Shown: piece after piece, positions 26,645 to 39,229 of the stretch | Layout: each line of letters begins with the position of its first letter | How positions within the stretch are numbered: the first letter of the stretch is position 1 | Assembly (NCBI RefSeq): GCF_036321535.1 | Contig: NC_087436.1 | Coordinates: 80,602,001 to 80,666,000 of the forward strand | Source of the DNA: Camelus dromedarius | Taxonomy: Eukaryota | Direction: 5' to 3' | Length of the DNA: 64,000 nt | The notes under the pieces: generated by a model | Seen by the model: only the letters and a program-made list of their open reading frames with translations | What the model was told of the DNA's origin: nothing | Database searches by the model: none | Translations under genes and position numbers: made by a program

Positions 26645-27085
26645 AGTTAAACTACTAAACCGTGAGCTATTCTAGACACTCCTCCAGGAGGGCTGCCCAG
26701 CTTTTGATTTCTCCTTCTGTAGGGATGACCGCCAGCACAGGGGCAGACTCCTGGGGCTATGAGTATATATCACAATCCTGGATCCCCTGGCTCTGGGAGA
26801 CAGATACCTGGTCTGAATAGGGCTAATCCAATCCTTTCTTGTTGGAATATAAAAATTAAAAAGACAAGGCAGAGACTAAATTTCTACAGCAAAGTTACAT
26901 TAATGGCAGGGGTCTAAGGTATAAAAATTGCTGATGAGCTCCCAAGAGCTCCTCTAGTTTCTTCTGCTCAAGCCCCACCCATTCAATTCATCATTCAATT
27001 TCCAGTATGGGTTCCAAAAATGCCTTTTGTTCCCCTTTAAACTGGTGCATATCAGCTGACTGCAATCCCAAAATGCTACTATGAC
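26645..27085 (+). mobile_element. Probable 3' LTR of the same old ERVL-type element
   Basis: Follows a polypurine tract (26600-26643) and ends in an LTR-like terminus, cccctttaaactggtg...ctgcaatcccaaaatgc. Confidence 0.45.
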
Positions 27086-30000
27086 TTCTTCTAGGAAGTA
27101 AAAAGGTATGGTTCTCATTTTAATGTCAAATTATAATCATACATTTTCCTTGCTTCCTCTTATCCTGCTCAAAAAGTAAACTTAGTGTACTTTTGCCTTC
27201 AGAATTGTGACATTAGAACTCTCATGCCTAATATGCTTTTTCATATCCTCCTATTTTGCAAGAAAGCACATTTACCCTAAAGCTTCAGTCTGTTCATTTT
27301 AGCACCAGTTCCCTGTTAAGACATTACTATGAACTGTCAGCAGTTCTCTGCATCTCGTGATCTCATACCAGTGCCAACAAAGCAGAGTGAATGATTACTG
27401 ATTAACAATGGAAATGAATTCTGTCCTTAAAAGATAATAGCATATAAACGAATTTCAAGTCTAGCCTGTTTCTGCTCTCCATGTGCCTTGCTTCTACCAT
27501 CACTTAAATCCTAGATCACTAATATGGACTTCTGACTTCTAATCTCTGATTCCAGATCAAGTCGCCATTAACGTTAACTCACCCAGCCTTCATTCCCCAG
27601 GTTAGATGACTAGGATTTTCACTTACTCTGATACCCTCTGTGTTCTACTCTTACCCTCTCTGCTGTTCTGGCCCTGTTTATACCTCAGTTATCGTAACTT
27701 GACTTCTGACACTTGTGGAGGTTCCTAGTCTGGTCCCTGCCTGGTCTCTTCCTGGTACTGGGACACCTACTTTCCATTACGAGTCCCAATCCCAAGGACG
27801 GGGATCAGGCCATTACCTAGAGCCCAGTACCCACAGACAGAATTCTCTGACAACCATCCATATAATATATGTACACATTTATGGACTTGTTCATTCATTT
27901 TTCTTTCTAAGACTCCATGTGCTTCTTCACCTTGAATCCCTATCAACAGGCTTTGTAGGTTGTTCTCTGGCTGTTCTGTGCCCGACACGGGTTACTAATA
28001 ACCTTTCCTCAATACCTGTAGTTGAGGTGAGGCTGGCTCTAACATGCAGCATCATCTCAAGTGTGGACTCATCCTAGTGCATCCTCGTAACAGTAAGCCC
28101 AGCCCTCCTCTAAAACCTGGCCGTGCTCTGTCACAGCACAAATGCAACAAGACTCTACCAAATCTTGAGACAGGGTAAAAGCACACAAACTTGACAGAAT
28201 TTAGAAAGAAAGCAAATAAGCAGATACACAAGAGAGAAAAATTTTCTAAATGGTATGAATTAGAAGCTTTGGAATACCATAGTATTAAAATAATATGATC
28301 CCTGGACATTAACATGCCAAAAATTTTTAATCAGATTATAATTTTTAAAAGTAGAGAAAAAGACAATTATGCTGCATTTTGTAAATATATTCTATTATAG
28401 CATATAGAAATGACCATTTCATTCCCAAGAGCTTAAGCAGTAATTTCTTGACACAAAAAACACTATGTGTGTGTGTGTGTATATATATATATAATTATAT
28501 AGTCATATAAGTGCATATATATAGTCATATAAATTAGTATATCTTTTGATCAATGATGAATTCTTCTTTATAAAACATAATTAAATTTCTAATTCCTTTT
28601 AGTATCAAAAAATGAGATTCTCATCATTTTTCCTAAGTCTAGCTTTGTTACTAATACTATACCCTCATCAAAGCTGTTTCCTCTCCCAGCTTTCTCGACA
28701 TTGATTCCTAACTAAAGATCAAGTCACTAATGGGATCATCATGAATATAAGAAAAAACGGTAAAGTAATCCAAGACTCAAAGAAAAAGGTGTATATTTAC
28801 CTCAGGCCCCTTATAAGCCAAGAGAGCTGCAGTGAGAACTACAATGGGCAATAAGGAACTGTGGCTGAGGAGGGAAGCCAATAAAGCCTCAAAACAGATG
28901 TCACTTCCACATTATTTAGTAATTATCTGCTCACGAACTAAACTAGTTTACTAGTTCTTAGAATGGAGGAATAGTGTCTTATCATCTTAATATTTTTAGC
29001 ACACCAAATAGACTTAATATACTCTTGTTGAATAAAAATAAATAAATCAAGGATTTAGATGGTTAGTAAAAAGAGTGTCAAATACACTTATCTTATAGTG
29101 CAATACAGTCACCGTGGAATGATAACTGCCAGGCAGGATCTTACTCTAAGAAAACCAAGGAGGATGAGTCCCATTTCCCCAAAACAACTCCCTGCTGATT
29201 GACAGACACAGGGCCAGATGCAGCTCACATCACGGATTAATTTCAGGTGCTCTTAACCTTTCATCAGGCAATTACTTTCCTCTATTCTAACTTTATATTA
29301 TTATAACATTCTCCTTAATCTAACACTATGTTTAGTATTTATCTTTCAAAAGTTCACTTTACTACTTGTTTACTTTGGTAGGACTTCTTTATCAGGCGGC
29401 TGGGAATGAATTACTGGTCAATTTATTTATCTTCTAAATTGCTATTCATAGACATTTTATAGTAAGTTAAACTCTCATGTGGAAAATAATAATGAAACTT
29501 AGTTTCAACTGTAACTCCAATAAGCTACAGCATTCTTTACTAAAGTAGTCACTTTGCCATCTTTAAATTTTAATAAAAATAGGACTTTTTAATCGATCTC
29601 TTAATGAAACAGATGATGAAATGCCGAAGTCTAACTCAAAACCTGTGCATAGTACTTACCTTTGCTACTTAGAAAAATGAGATAAAGATTTTTAAAATAC
29701 AGATCAGTATAGCCAATATGCTACATAAGAGCATTTCTAAACGTTTAACAAAACTAAAGAGAACACATGCAGGTATGATCACTATCTGTAAGTAGGCTTG
29801 ATGTGAAATAACAAGACCAAACTAACAATTAGGTACTGGAATGCAACCAGTCTTCTTCCCATTAAAACAGCACTTACTGAACAGAACTTCACTGGACTGG
29901 AATGATGCTTTGTCAGACGGCATTAGGATATGCAAAGCAACTATTAAACTCTGCACTAAAGTGGGTGTCAACAAGCAGAGTAGGATGAAGAAAGGCTAGA

Positions 30001-31249
30001 ATATGAGGATCCTTTTAAAGATCGCTTAACACTGGCAAGCAACAGTCAAAAAAACGGCTCATTTTTGATGAATGTATTGGGCTGAGAAAAATCAAAGTGC
30101 ATGAAAATCCATGAAGAGAAAAAAGAATAAGCTTTCTAAGAAAGATACAATCCTCCTAGCTATGAACAGAGATCAACCAGTACTGTCATCTCAGAAAGGC
30201 TATTCAGCACATTTCCCCCTGCTCTGCCCAATCACACAAGTGCATGTCAGTGTTACCGGTGGCCTTAATGCCTTTTCAGCAGCTGCCATGTCTTGTCAGG
30301 CTTCCCCATACCCTCCTGAAAACATAAACACCTATGTCAGTGCCTGGGCTAGTTACACAACCTAACACAAGCTGGGAATCACTGAACTTATTTACTCTGG
30401 TGACTCAGATTTAAATCTAGGTCTCTGTGGAAAAAGAGGTGGGGAATACACATGCATGGTATGACACCATATTTCATTAATATTTATTGTACAACTAAAG
30501 CAAACTCAACATTTTCTGCTTTTTTATAAGTCTGATGAAGAAACGAGCTTTTGGAAATGCTCCAGGTTTGACCAGGTACAGGTCAGCATCTGCTAGACTG
30601 AATGACAGCCACAGAACAAGTCCCCTTTACAGGGAACTCTTTTCTCTCTCTCTGTTCCCCCTGTGCTGTTCCCATTTACCCACACTGTCTTTCCCCTTCC
30701 TCCTCCAGCCTTTCCTGTAAGCCCCCCACCAACAGCTACCTCTTAGCAATGCTGAACTTCACAATGTCAAGATAATTTTTTCAATGCTATTTCACTCAGA
30801 TTTATAGAAATACTTTAAACACAGGTCAGACTTCAGAAATAATAGAACAGTAATAAATTCATTTTCATCTTGACCAAAGAGATAACTTATCTAATTTATT
30901 CTGGACTTAGCAAATGAAATGAAATATATAAAGCACATCTGTCATCAATCCAATAGATCAAATTATCTTGAAAAAGAATACATGCTAAGGAAGTCATATT
31001 TAGTACAATTATCATGGTGACCTAATTGTGGAATGCTTCGGGAGCAAAACTAAAGTTTTCATATTAAAAATATGCTTTCTTCTAAGTGTTTTATTTTATT
31101 TCTAATCCTTATTCTAATTGCTTAAATAATAAACTCAGATTAATTTTTTTTCCCAAGAGACCTCATCTGATTCATTGATGGTGGAATCAATTCATTTTAT
31201 AATATTGTGTAATTCTGATATAAGCAAATCTCAGTTTTCACCAAGGAAG

Positions 31250-31525
31250 TTCTATCAATCCCCCTGATATTCAGCTCAAACATCATCTTAGGGTTACCCT
31301 AATCATTTCAACTAAAAATAATCTTTCTACTCCCTAAGTGTCCATAGAACTTTTGTGCCTCTCAGACAGACTGATCATAGACAATCCAGTTCTCTATGCA
31401 TCTGTCTTATCTCCACTATGTTATAAAGTTATTGAGAACAGAACTATTCGTGTCTTAAACATCAGTGTAGCTCCCACTGTACACAATAAAGGACAGCACA
31501 CAATAAAACACTGAATAAATAGTTT
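31250..31525 (+). mobile_element. L2 3' fragment
   Basis: cagctcaaacatcatct...tgtcttatctccactatgttataaagttattgagaacagaacta. Confidence 0.55.
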
Positions 31526-34500
31526 AAAAAAAGCACAGAGTTATTAGAGTACATTATAGCATCATTTGAGAATCTATTTACAGTGTATTATCATGTTGGG
31601 AAATAAGAACTAGGTTCTCAGAGCAAGCTGAATCCTTTTGTTTAGTCTAATTTAATCACTAGTCATTACACAAATAAATCAGGTTAAATAAAATTATTAG
31701 GCAATCAATACATAATGATATTTCTAAAAATAACTGGCAGTTTATTTTTATTTAATACTTGTTTACTTAACTATGGCATTTGTCACTTAAATCACCTACT
31801 ACTGTGTCTTATTGAGCAGTGTGCAATGGGAAAAGAACTTGGGCTTCCGAGTCAGAGAAACCCAGGCTTTAATCAAGAAAATCTGATTATGAATTTACTG
31901 AGGGATTTCTAGGACAAAGAGAATAAAGAAGCACAATAAGACATGTATTATCATTCTTTCACTTGATAACGAGTAGCCTTAGAATTCCTAAGAGTGACAG
32001 TAAACATTTATTTTCTTAAGACTTACATAATTTTCTGACAACATGCTTATTACCTAACTATATTCATTCACTCAGTGCTTACTGCAGGCCAATTACATGC
32101 CTATGTGTACTTAGAGAACAAAATTTGCTGAAATATATTACACAATATAATGTTCTACAGCTGTTTATTCAACTACACTGTAAACACCCCTTGACTTTTT
32201 TGAAATCTCCTCTATATTCAACACAGTGATAGTATGTACTTAATAAATACAATCCCTTGACTAACTGCCCAATATTTCTTTCTTTATATTCTGTTACATG
32301 TTAAGAATGGGAGTTCCAGTAAGCAAATATAGTAGTGATTAAATAAAAGAGCCTAGAAAAAAGGAATTAAGAAGAATGCCACATGACTGAGTTTTACCTG
32401 ACTAGATTTCGGGGCTGTCAATGACCTAATTGGTAAAAAATATCAGCCATTCACCTAGTGAACTGTTGCCCTTTTTATAAGAAATTCAGGGAAGAAACAG
32501 ACCCTTGGTCTGCTGCCCATGGACTCAAAGCATAGAAGCTAAACTCTTCACTCTCTGAGAACAAAAGTATCAACATTCTTCTATCTGTCAACATTTTTCA
32601 AAATGAGCATGATCATTATGCTTTTTAATAATAAAATACAAACCAGCACTGTACCATAGACACTTAAGACATTATCACTGGGGGAAGGGTGATTAGGTGA
32701 TGGGCACATGAGGACCTGCTAGTTTCAAAACTTTGTTTGAGTTTGTAATTTCTTCAAAATTTAAAAAATATATCAGTAAGGTAATGCAGTTTGAATAAAT
32801 ATTAGGGAAATTAAAACAAGTAAATAAGTTGCTTTCCTAAACTCAAACACTCAAAACATACTAAGAGATTTGGATATTTTGAGAAGATACATTGAGTTCT
32901 ATACACAATAATTAATCACCTCCTAAGTTATGTAATTTTTAAAGCAAAAGCTATGTGGGTGGATGCTTCACCTAGATCAAGAGAACAAACCTACAAGGTC
33001 CTGTGCAGGTACGTAAGTTGTTCCCCCTGAATAAAAAATAGCAGATAAAACAAAATAATGTTGTAGTGACTTTCTGACATCAGATAATGACTATATAACA
33101 GATTCCTATTCTTCTTAGGCTATATTAAATTAATTGGTCTCCTTGAAGTCCTTACTGGCTGGAGAACAGAGGGACACAAGTTAGGAAGAAACACTATACA
33201 GGAAGAGGAAGCTGGGCCCGGTCGACTCATCGAGTGTTGAAGACATACCTATCAGACATGTCAAAAGTCAAGCTGTAACATGATACCTCTCAGAACATAG
33301 GCACCAAGGGCTTAAGAAACAAGGAGAGCTAAAAGAATTAGTGTCAGAATGCAATGATCTCTATCATCTGAGGGATCTGGAGTGGAAAGAACTGCCAATA
33401 GATGAAGAACCAGGGGCCAGACAGGACAGGTGACCCACCCAAAGTAACAGCTTTCTTGTGGCAGAGGCAGAAGTAATTCAATTCTCTTAATTTGGGGGCC
33501 TCAGAAGTACCATTATAAATACACACTTATCTTTTATAGGTAGTAATAACAAGTACTTTAAAAGGATTAGGCCACACACAAAAGAAACAAACTGTAATTA
33601 GTTTATTAAAAAAAAAATCCTCATTCAGTTGTCTTATTTTAAAACTCCAAAATACAGTACAGTGGTACTTTAAATCCATTGTGGCTTCACGTGTATCTAG
33701 TTGACTTAAAGTTACTAATCTAAGTTTGCAACCTCACCAAAATGCATAACTACAGTACCACCTACCACCTATGTCTCTTTAGGGATTCAGTTTTCTTAAG
33801 ACTTCAAAGTATGGGCTAGTGGGTTAGCATAATGATAGAAAGGGTTTTGCTTGGGGTACTGGAACACCTGATCACAAAGCAATGACACATTAAACTTAAA
33901 ATAACTAAATGCATTAATACTGTGCCAAGTCATACACTAATATTCTATATACAAATAGAAGCCGGTGAAAAAAAATTTTTAAATTTTATGGAAGGAAACT
34001 TAGAATCTAAGTTGCTAATAATTTTCCTTGAAACCAATATGCAAATTTAACAGTAAGACTGTTCTACTAGAGAAATAAAACCAAGGCCCTACTCACACAT
34101 AACCATTAGAACAGTAACAACAAATTCAAACCCAAAACAAAGCAAAACCTCAGCATTTAGTGAAGTCACAGTGTAGTTGGTCAAAACACCCATAGTATCC
34201 ACTTTAAGTGGGCTAATATACAAAGTATCTCATATTAAAAAACTACAGGGCACATCATCATTAGACTTGTCACAATGGATTACAACACGATCAATAATCC
34301 CATATTTATGTTCTATTATACACAAGACAATCTATTACACACTGATTTTTTTGGTTAAACAAAAATGGAGGGAAAATGACCCATATCACTAACAGACATT
34401 ACTTTAAATATTCTGCCTCAAGTCTTATAGCTTCTGCAGATCCATTACTTAGCCTCTCCCAACATCCTTCTCCTGCAGGTTCAAAGACATGCAGGTACTA

Positions 34501-35126
34501 GGGGGTCAGACAGGACGAGGAAGCCTGAGATGTGTGGACTGAGGGATTCAGAGTTACCGTTACCGATCCTAGGCTTAAGATGATAACCTAGAATGTTCCG
34601 AGGTTGAAGGTGTCTACGCTGGAGCCTGACACTTCTGCAGACTCAGTGGTGAGCACAAAACCCCACAGCTCTGCACTCATACAGTCGGGTAAATACACCA
34701 ACGACAACTGCCTGTTCAACCAAAAGAAACACATTATTTATGGTATTAGGCTTTTCGCACTCCGCAGGGCTCCTGCTTCAGTTGTTCATAGAAGTGATAT
34801 TCGAGACCTATCAGTGTCTTGTTTATTAAAGATTTGAGGGCCCAGTAATAAAGTAACCTCAAAAAATTTCCACTGAAGAAAGGAAAACAGAAGTGTGTAT
34901 GAATCAAAACATTGTGCAAAAAAACCCTATCTATTTAGCTTGGAAAGAAATTATCTACATTTATGATTACATTTGCTTGGAATGAATGAATTATCTAAGC
35001 ATTTGGCATTTCTTGAGCATGCAGCTAGATAGAGGATAAAGCCACAGGGAAACATGTCAAGGGATTTGGGGAGGCTTGCCCGTGGGTTCAAGAGAAGCAG
35101 AGGAAAGAGCGAACAGAGGCTGGTAC

Positions 35127-35230
35127 ATGGATATGCACTCATTCACCAAGCATTTACTGAGCACCTATTATGCACAGCTCATTGCCCCAGCAGTAGATGT
35201 ACAGTGGTCAGCAAAACAGACAGAATCAAC
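35127..35230 (-). mobile_element. L2 3' end
   Basis: cactcattcaccaagcatttactgagcacctattatgc. Confidence 0.7.
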
Positions 35231-35569
35231 ATCCACACAAGCAATACTGTTCGGTCTCTCCTACCCAGTTTTCAGTGATTAACTTCATTTTCAGCAATGC
35301 CATAACTTAACATTCATTCAATGAAAAAGGAATTCAAAGGAATTCTTTAAAAAGAAAAATCAATCAAGGACCTCCATCTAGGAGGAGGAGACAAACAAAG
35401 CATCTGTTTAGCAGAGGTACGACAGGGTGGTAAGAGAACACACGGGAGGGGCAAGCAAACGCTATTTCTGGTAGGAGGAAAGGCTTACAGACAGGAGAGG
35501 GTGGTCTACCTCAGAAACTTCAAGGAGACGGGAGTACATCTCTGTCCACGCAGAGGACACAGTCCAGGC

Positions 35570-35805
35570 TCAAATTCACTGAGATCAGAAGTCAAAATCC
35601 TGACATTGGCCTACGCGGTCTGCAGGCGCCTCCACCACCCTGACCTCAGCTCTCACCTCCCTCCAGCCAACCTCTTGGTGTTCTCTGAACACTTCGAGCA
35701 CCCTCCTACTTCGGGGCCTCAGCACCTGCTCCTCTCTCAGATCTAAAACTCTCACTCCATAAATGTTTCAGGTCTCTGCTCAAACGTCACCTTAACTGAG
35801 AGGAA
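35570..35805 (+). mobile_element. L2 fragment
   Basis: aagtcaaaatcctgacattggcctac...caggtctctgctcaaacgtcacctt. Confidence 0.65.
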
Positions 35806-36071
35806 CATACATTATAATACATGAAAATCAGCTTTCTAAATATTGAAAAGCAATGCTACAATCATTTATGGATGAATCAATGCTCCTTACAAGATCTGGG
35901 ATGACTTCAAAGACTACATGATTGAATTATCTATTTTTCCCCCCTTTAAGTCAAATTAAAAATTGAAGACATGTACTATAAATTGGGAATTTTTTAATTC
36001 TAAATTTTTCTTAAAGAAACAAAGCTTTATCTAGCTTTTTCAAAGCTGCATTTTTAAAAATGTTAAAAGTT

Positions 36072-36214
36072 GGGGAAGGCATAGCTCAAATGATAGAGCA
36101 CATGCTTAGCATGCTTGAGGTCCTGGTTCAACCCCCAGTAGCTCCTCTAAAAATACATAAAACTACCTACCTCCCCATACCAAGATAAAATAAATGATTA
36201 AATTAATATTTTTA
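36072..36214 (+). mobile_element. tRNA-Ala-derived SINE (camelid Vic-1-like)
   Basis: ggggaaggcatagctcaaatgatagagcacatgcttagcatgcttgaggtcctggttcaaccccca with A and B boxes; TSD aaa(a/c)atgttaaaag at 36056-36069 and 36215-36228. Confidence 0.9.
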
Positions 36215-36454
36215 AAACATGTTAAAAGCTAAGTATGAGAATTCTCTAACGATGATTTCTTTAAAAAAGGAATTCCAACAACATAAAAGTCAACTGCACA
36301 GTAAGAAATTCAAAGAAGCATCCTTTAACTGTTAGCGCCTTCATAGTGAGATAACTGATGACCAAGCCAAAAAAAAATTACTTATCTATGTCTCTCATAA
36401 ACTTCCTACATTAGTTCACATTAGTTCAAGTACTACTGAAAATAAGTCAAAAAC

Positions 36455-37370
36455 ATTAAAGGAGACCACTACACATATAACAGCTAAAATCTTAATAACT
36501 GACAATACTAAGTGTCAACAAGGATGCAGAGCAACTAAAATTCTCTTACATTGCTGCAGATAAGAACGCAAAATGGTATGATCATTTTGTAAATAAATAG
36601 TTTGGCACTTCAATAAAAAGTTACTGATATTGATAAATACACACTTTTCATAAAACCCAGTAATCCCAGTCCTAGGTACAACTCAAGAAAACTGAAAACA
36701 TTTGTTCTGCACATAGACCTGTACAACTGTTTACAGCAGCTTTATTCATAATTGTCCAAAACTGGGAACAATTCAAATGTCCAATTCATGAACGGATGAA
36801 CAAATTTGCCATACCTCAATATAACAGAATGTTACTCAACAACACAAAGGAACAAATTCAGGGGCGTGATAGGGCTGGCTGGTACAGCTTTGTGAGAGCC
36901 CACTGTTCAGGACTTTTGCAAGCTGCTTTTAGGTAGCTTAATATGGGCCATGATAAAAGTATTTACACTGCAATAATTAGCAGATGCTACAATCAGGGAT
37001 TTTTTTATTTGGAGAGCAGGTTGTTACAATGTTTATCAGCATACCACAGAACAAACTACTAAAACATGCAACAACTTAATGAATATCAAAAGTATTATAA
37101 ATCAAAGAAGACACCAAAGACTACATACTGTATGATTTCATTTATGTGATATTCTAGAAAGACAAAATGACAGGGACATTAATTAGATTAACAGTTGCCA
37201 GGGGCTGGAAGTAGATGGAGCAGACTGACTACAAAGGGACATGAGAGAACTTTTTAGAGACACAAATGTTTTCTATCTTGACTGTGGTGGTGATTAGCCA
37301 ACTGTATACATTTTTCAAAACTTTTACCACATGTAAACTATACTTCAATAAACCTGACTACAAAAAAATT
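36455..37370 (+). mobile_element. Old L1 (L1MB/MC-like) ORF2 end and 3'UTR, interrupted by MER63
   Basis: actgacaatactaagtgtcaacaaggatgcagagcaact, tacatactgtatgatttcatttatgtga, tatacttcaataaacctgact. Confidence 0.85.
36859..37049. mobile_element. hAT DNA transposon, MER63A-like
   Basis: Degenerate TIRs caggggcgtgata...tatcagcataccacag; 8-bp TSD aacaaatt (36851-36858) / aacaaact (37050-37057). Confidence 0.75.
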
Positions 37371-37754
37371 AGAGGAGTCACTTATTTCTTTATTCTTTTA
37401 TGGATGACAAATGCATCATACATACAAAAGGAGAAACTGGAACTTATCAGTGGAAATATCAGGAAGGCAGATTTTAACTCACATAAATAGAAGATGATAA
37501 AAAATGTCAAAAAAGTGAACTTGTAATCACAGGAAGTATAAAAAACAGAGGGACAGAGGATGCTGTAAAAATGTCATTTGAGTGTCATTTCAGACTAGTA
37601 TCATTAAGAGAGGTTAGTATCATGAAGGTCTCTTCCTACTCTGGAGCCAGTGGCTCTAAAATACCATGATATCTTTTGTTATGATAACGTCAGGTCCACT
37701 TTTCAGTTGTAAGGAAACATCAATTACTCATTTTAACATCAAGCAAATTGACTT

Positions 37755-37950
37755 GGAGCCCAGTGCAGTCTTGTTAAGAGTGCTGGCTCTGGCTTCAGAC
37801 AGTCTGGGCTCAAATGCTGGCCCATCAGCAGCTATGTGACTTTGAACAAGCATCTCTAAATATTTACTGCCCTATCTGTAAAATGGGATTAACATTTTCC
37901 TGAGATTTCAATAACAATGCATGAAAAATGATTTCAATGTGCTAAAGCCT
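37755..37950 (+). mobile_element. MIR SINE
   Basis: gttaagagtgctggctctggcttcagacagtctgggctcaaatgctgg...gctatgtgactttgaacaag...tctgtaaaatgggatt. Confidence 0.8.
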
Positions 37951-38061
37951 TAATAACAAACATTTCTTAGACATGATTGGAAGTGGAGATGTAAATTAAT
38001 CAAACCTAATTCTAAGAATTTTAATTTTCCAAATATAGGAGATTTATTCTTTAATTACATA

Positions 38062-38224
38062 TCTAGTAGTTCATAATTTTTTGCTTAGCCAGATCTTTTG
38101 AGAATGTGATGACTCCATAGATTCTTCACCCAGAAAAAAATGCAAATATATGCTACATTCTGCATATGATTTTCAAGGATTCAAGGACCCTCTGAAGCAC
38201 ATGAATGAAATTAAAACCACCTGA
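38062..38224. mobile_element. Non-autonomous hAT-Charlie-type MER
   Basis: cttttgagaatgtgatga...cccagaaaaaaatgca...tgcatatgattttcaaggattcaaggaccctctgaagc...ttaaaaccacctg. Confidence 0.55.
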
Positions 38225-39229
38225 TGTAAACTCTTAAAATTGCGAAGTTGAGAAGTGGAATTTAAGAATCTTCAAAGTAGAGAATCCAACCAAAATATTA
38301 CACTGTCATTTACTTTTTTAAAAAACAGGTTTTGCAAGTAAGACTTAAACATCATGTTTCTAATTCATTATCTCCTTTTTGCAGAAATTTTAAACTAGAA
38401 ACATAACATTTTTTACATGAATTGATTTCAACTCAGAAAAAAAGACACTAGTTGGAGAAACCTGTATTTCTACCAGCCCAAGAATGAATGGTTCAAAGTT
38501 ATCATGCATTACTGATGCTTTAACGTGCAGGAAGAGTTTTCAAGTCAGTCTAATGCAATATGCATTTTTAAATTAAAAAGAAACATACCAACTAATTCCT
38601 ATGCTTAGAGTCCCATGTTAAAGTTTTTTCTTTTTAAGCGAGATTTTTATTTTGCTAGACCGCATCTAGTTTTTTCTTAATAAACATATTTTTAGTTATG
38701 TTTATGTTGTTTATTTGTAACACAGCCCGATGGTGAAAACCGTCCTAAATCTGCTATCAAATAATTCCAACCTGGAAATATGTTGCTATCTCAAAGCAAA
38801 AGGTTCTGCTTTTCTTTTTTAATTGTTTGGTTTTCAGACTACAATAATCACTCGGCACTAACCAACTCATGCCCATCACGGAACAAAAAATAGTTTTTCG
38901 TACGCATTAACACCATTTTCCCACAGGAAACAACCATTTTTAAGGCACTGGAGTCGAGGCAAGGGTTCACATATATAGTAAACATCTTTTCGATCGGTTT
39001 TATCAGATTATTTCAGTGAAGGGAAGACCAAATATTGCAGATCTCAGAATTGAATGGTAAAAATCAATGAAACGCTGCACCTGAGGATCAAACACTGGCC
39101 AGGTCTGCCGGTCGGAAAGGTCATATCTGCTCTTTAAACCCCACTAACTGTGAATGTTTGCGATGCCACAGCATCCCCCGTCCAAGAGAATAAAAGGGCC
39201 AACACTCCCCAGGAGCATCTCCAGTTGCT

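Noticed and set aside
33213..33240. Cluster of palindromic sites (GGGCCC, GTCGAC) resembling a polylinker
   Set aside because: It is too short and has no other vector sequence; consistent with chance.
36072..36145. Functional tRNA-Ala gene (also at 21545)
   Set aside because: The stems are degenerate, and the SINE tail and TSDs mark it as a retroposed copy.
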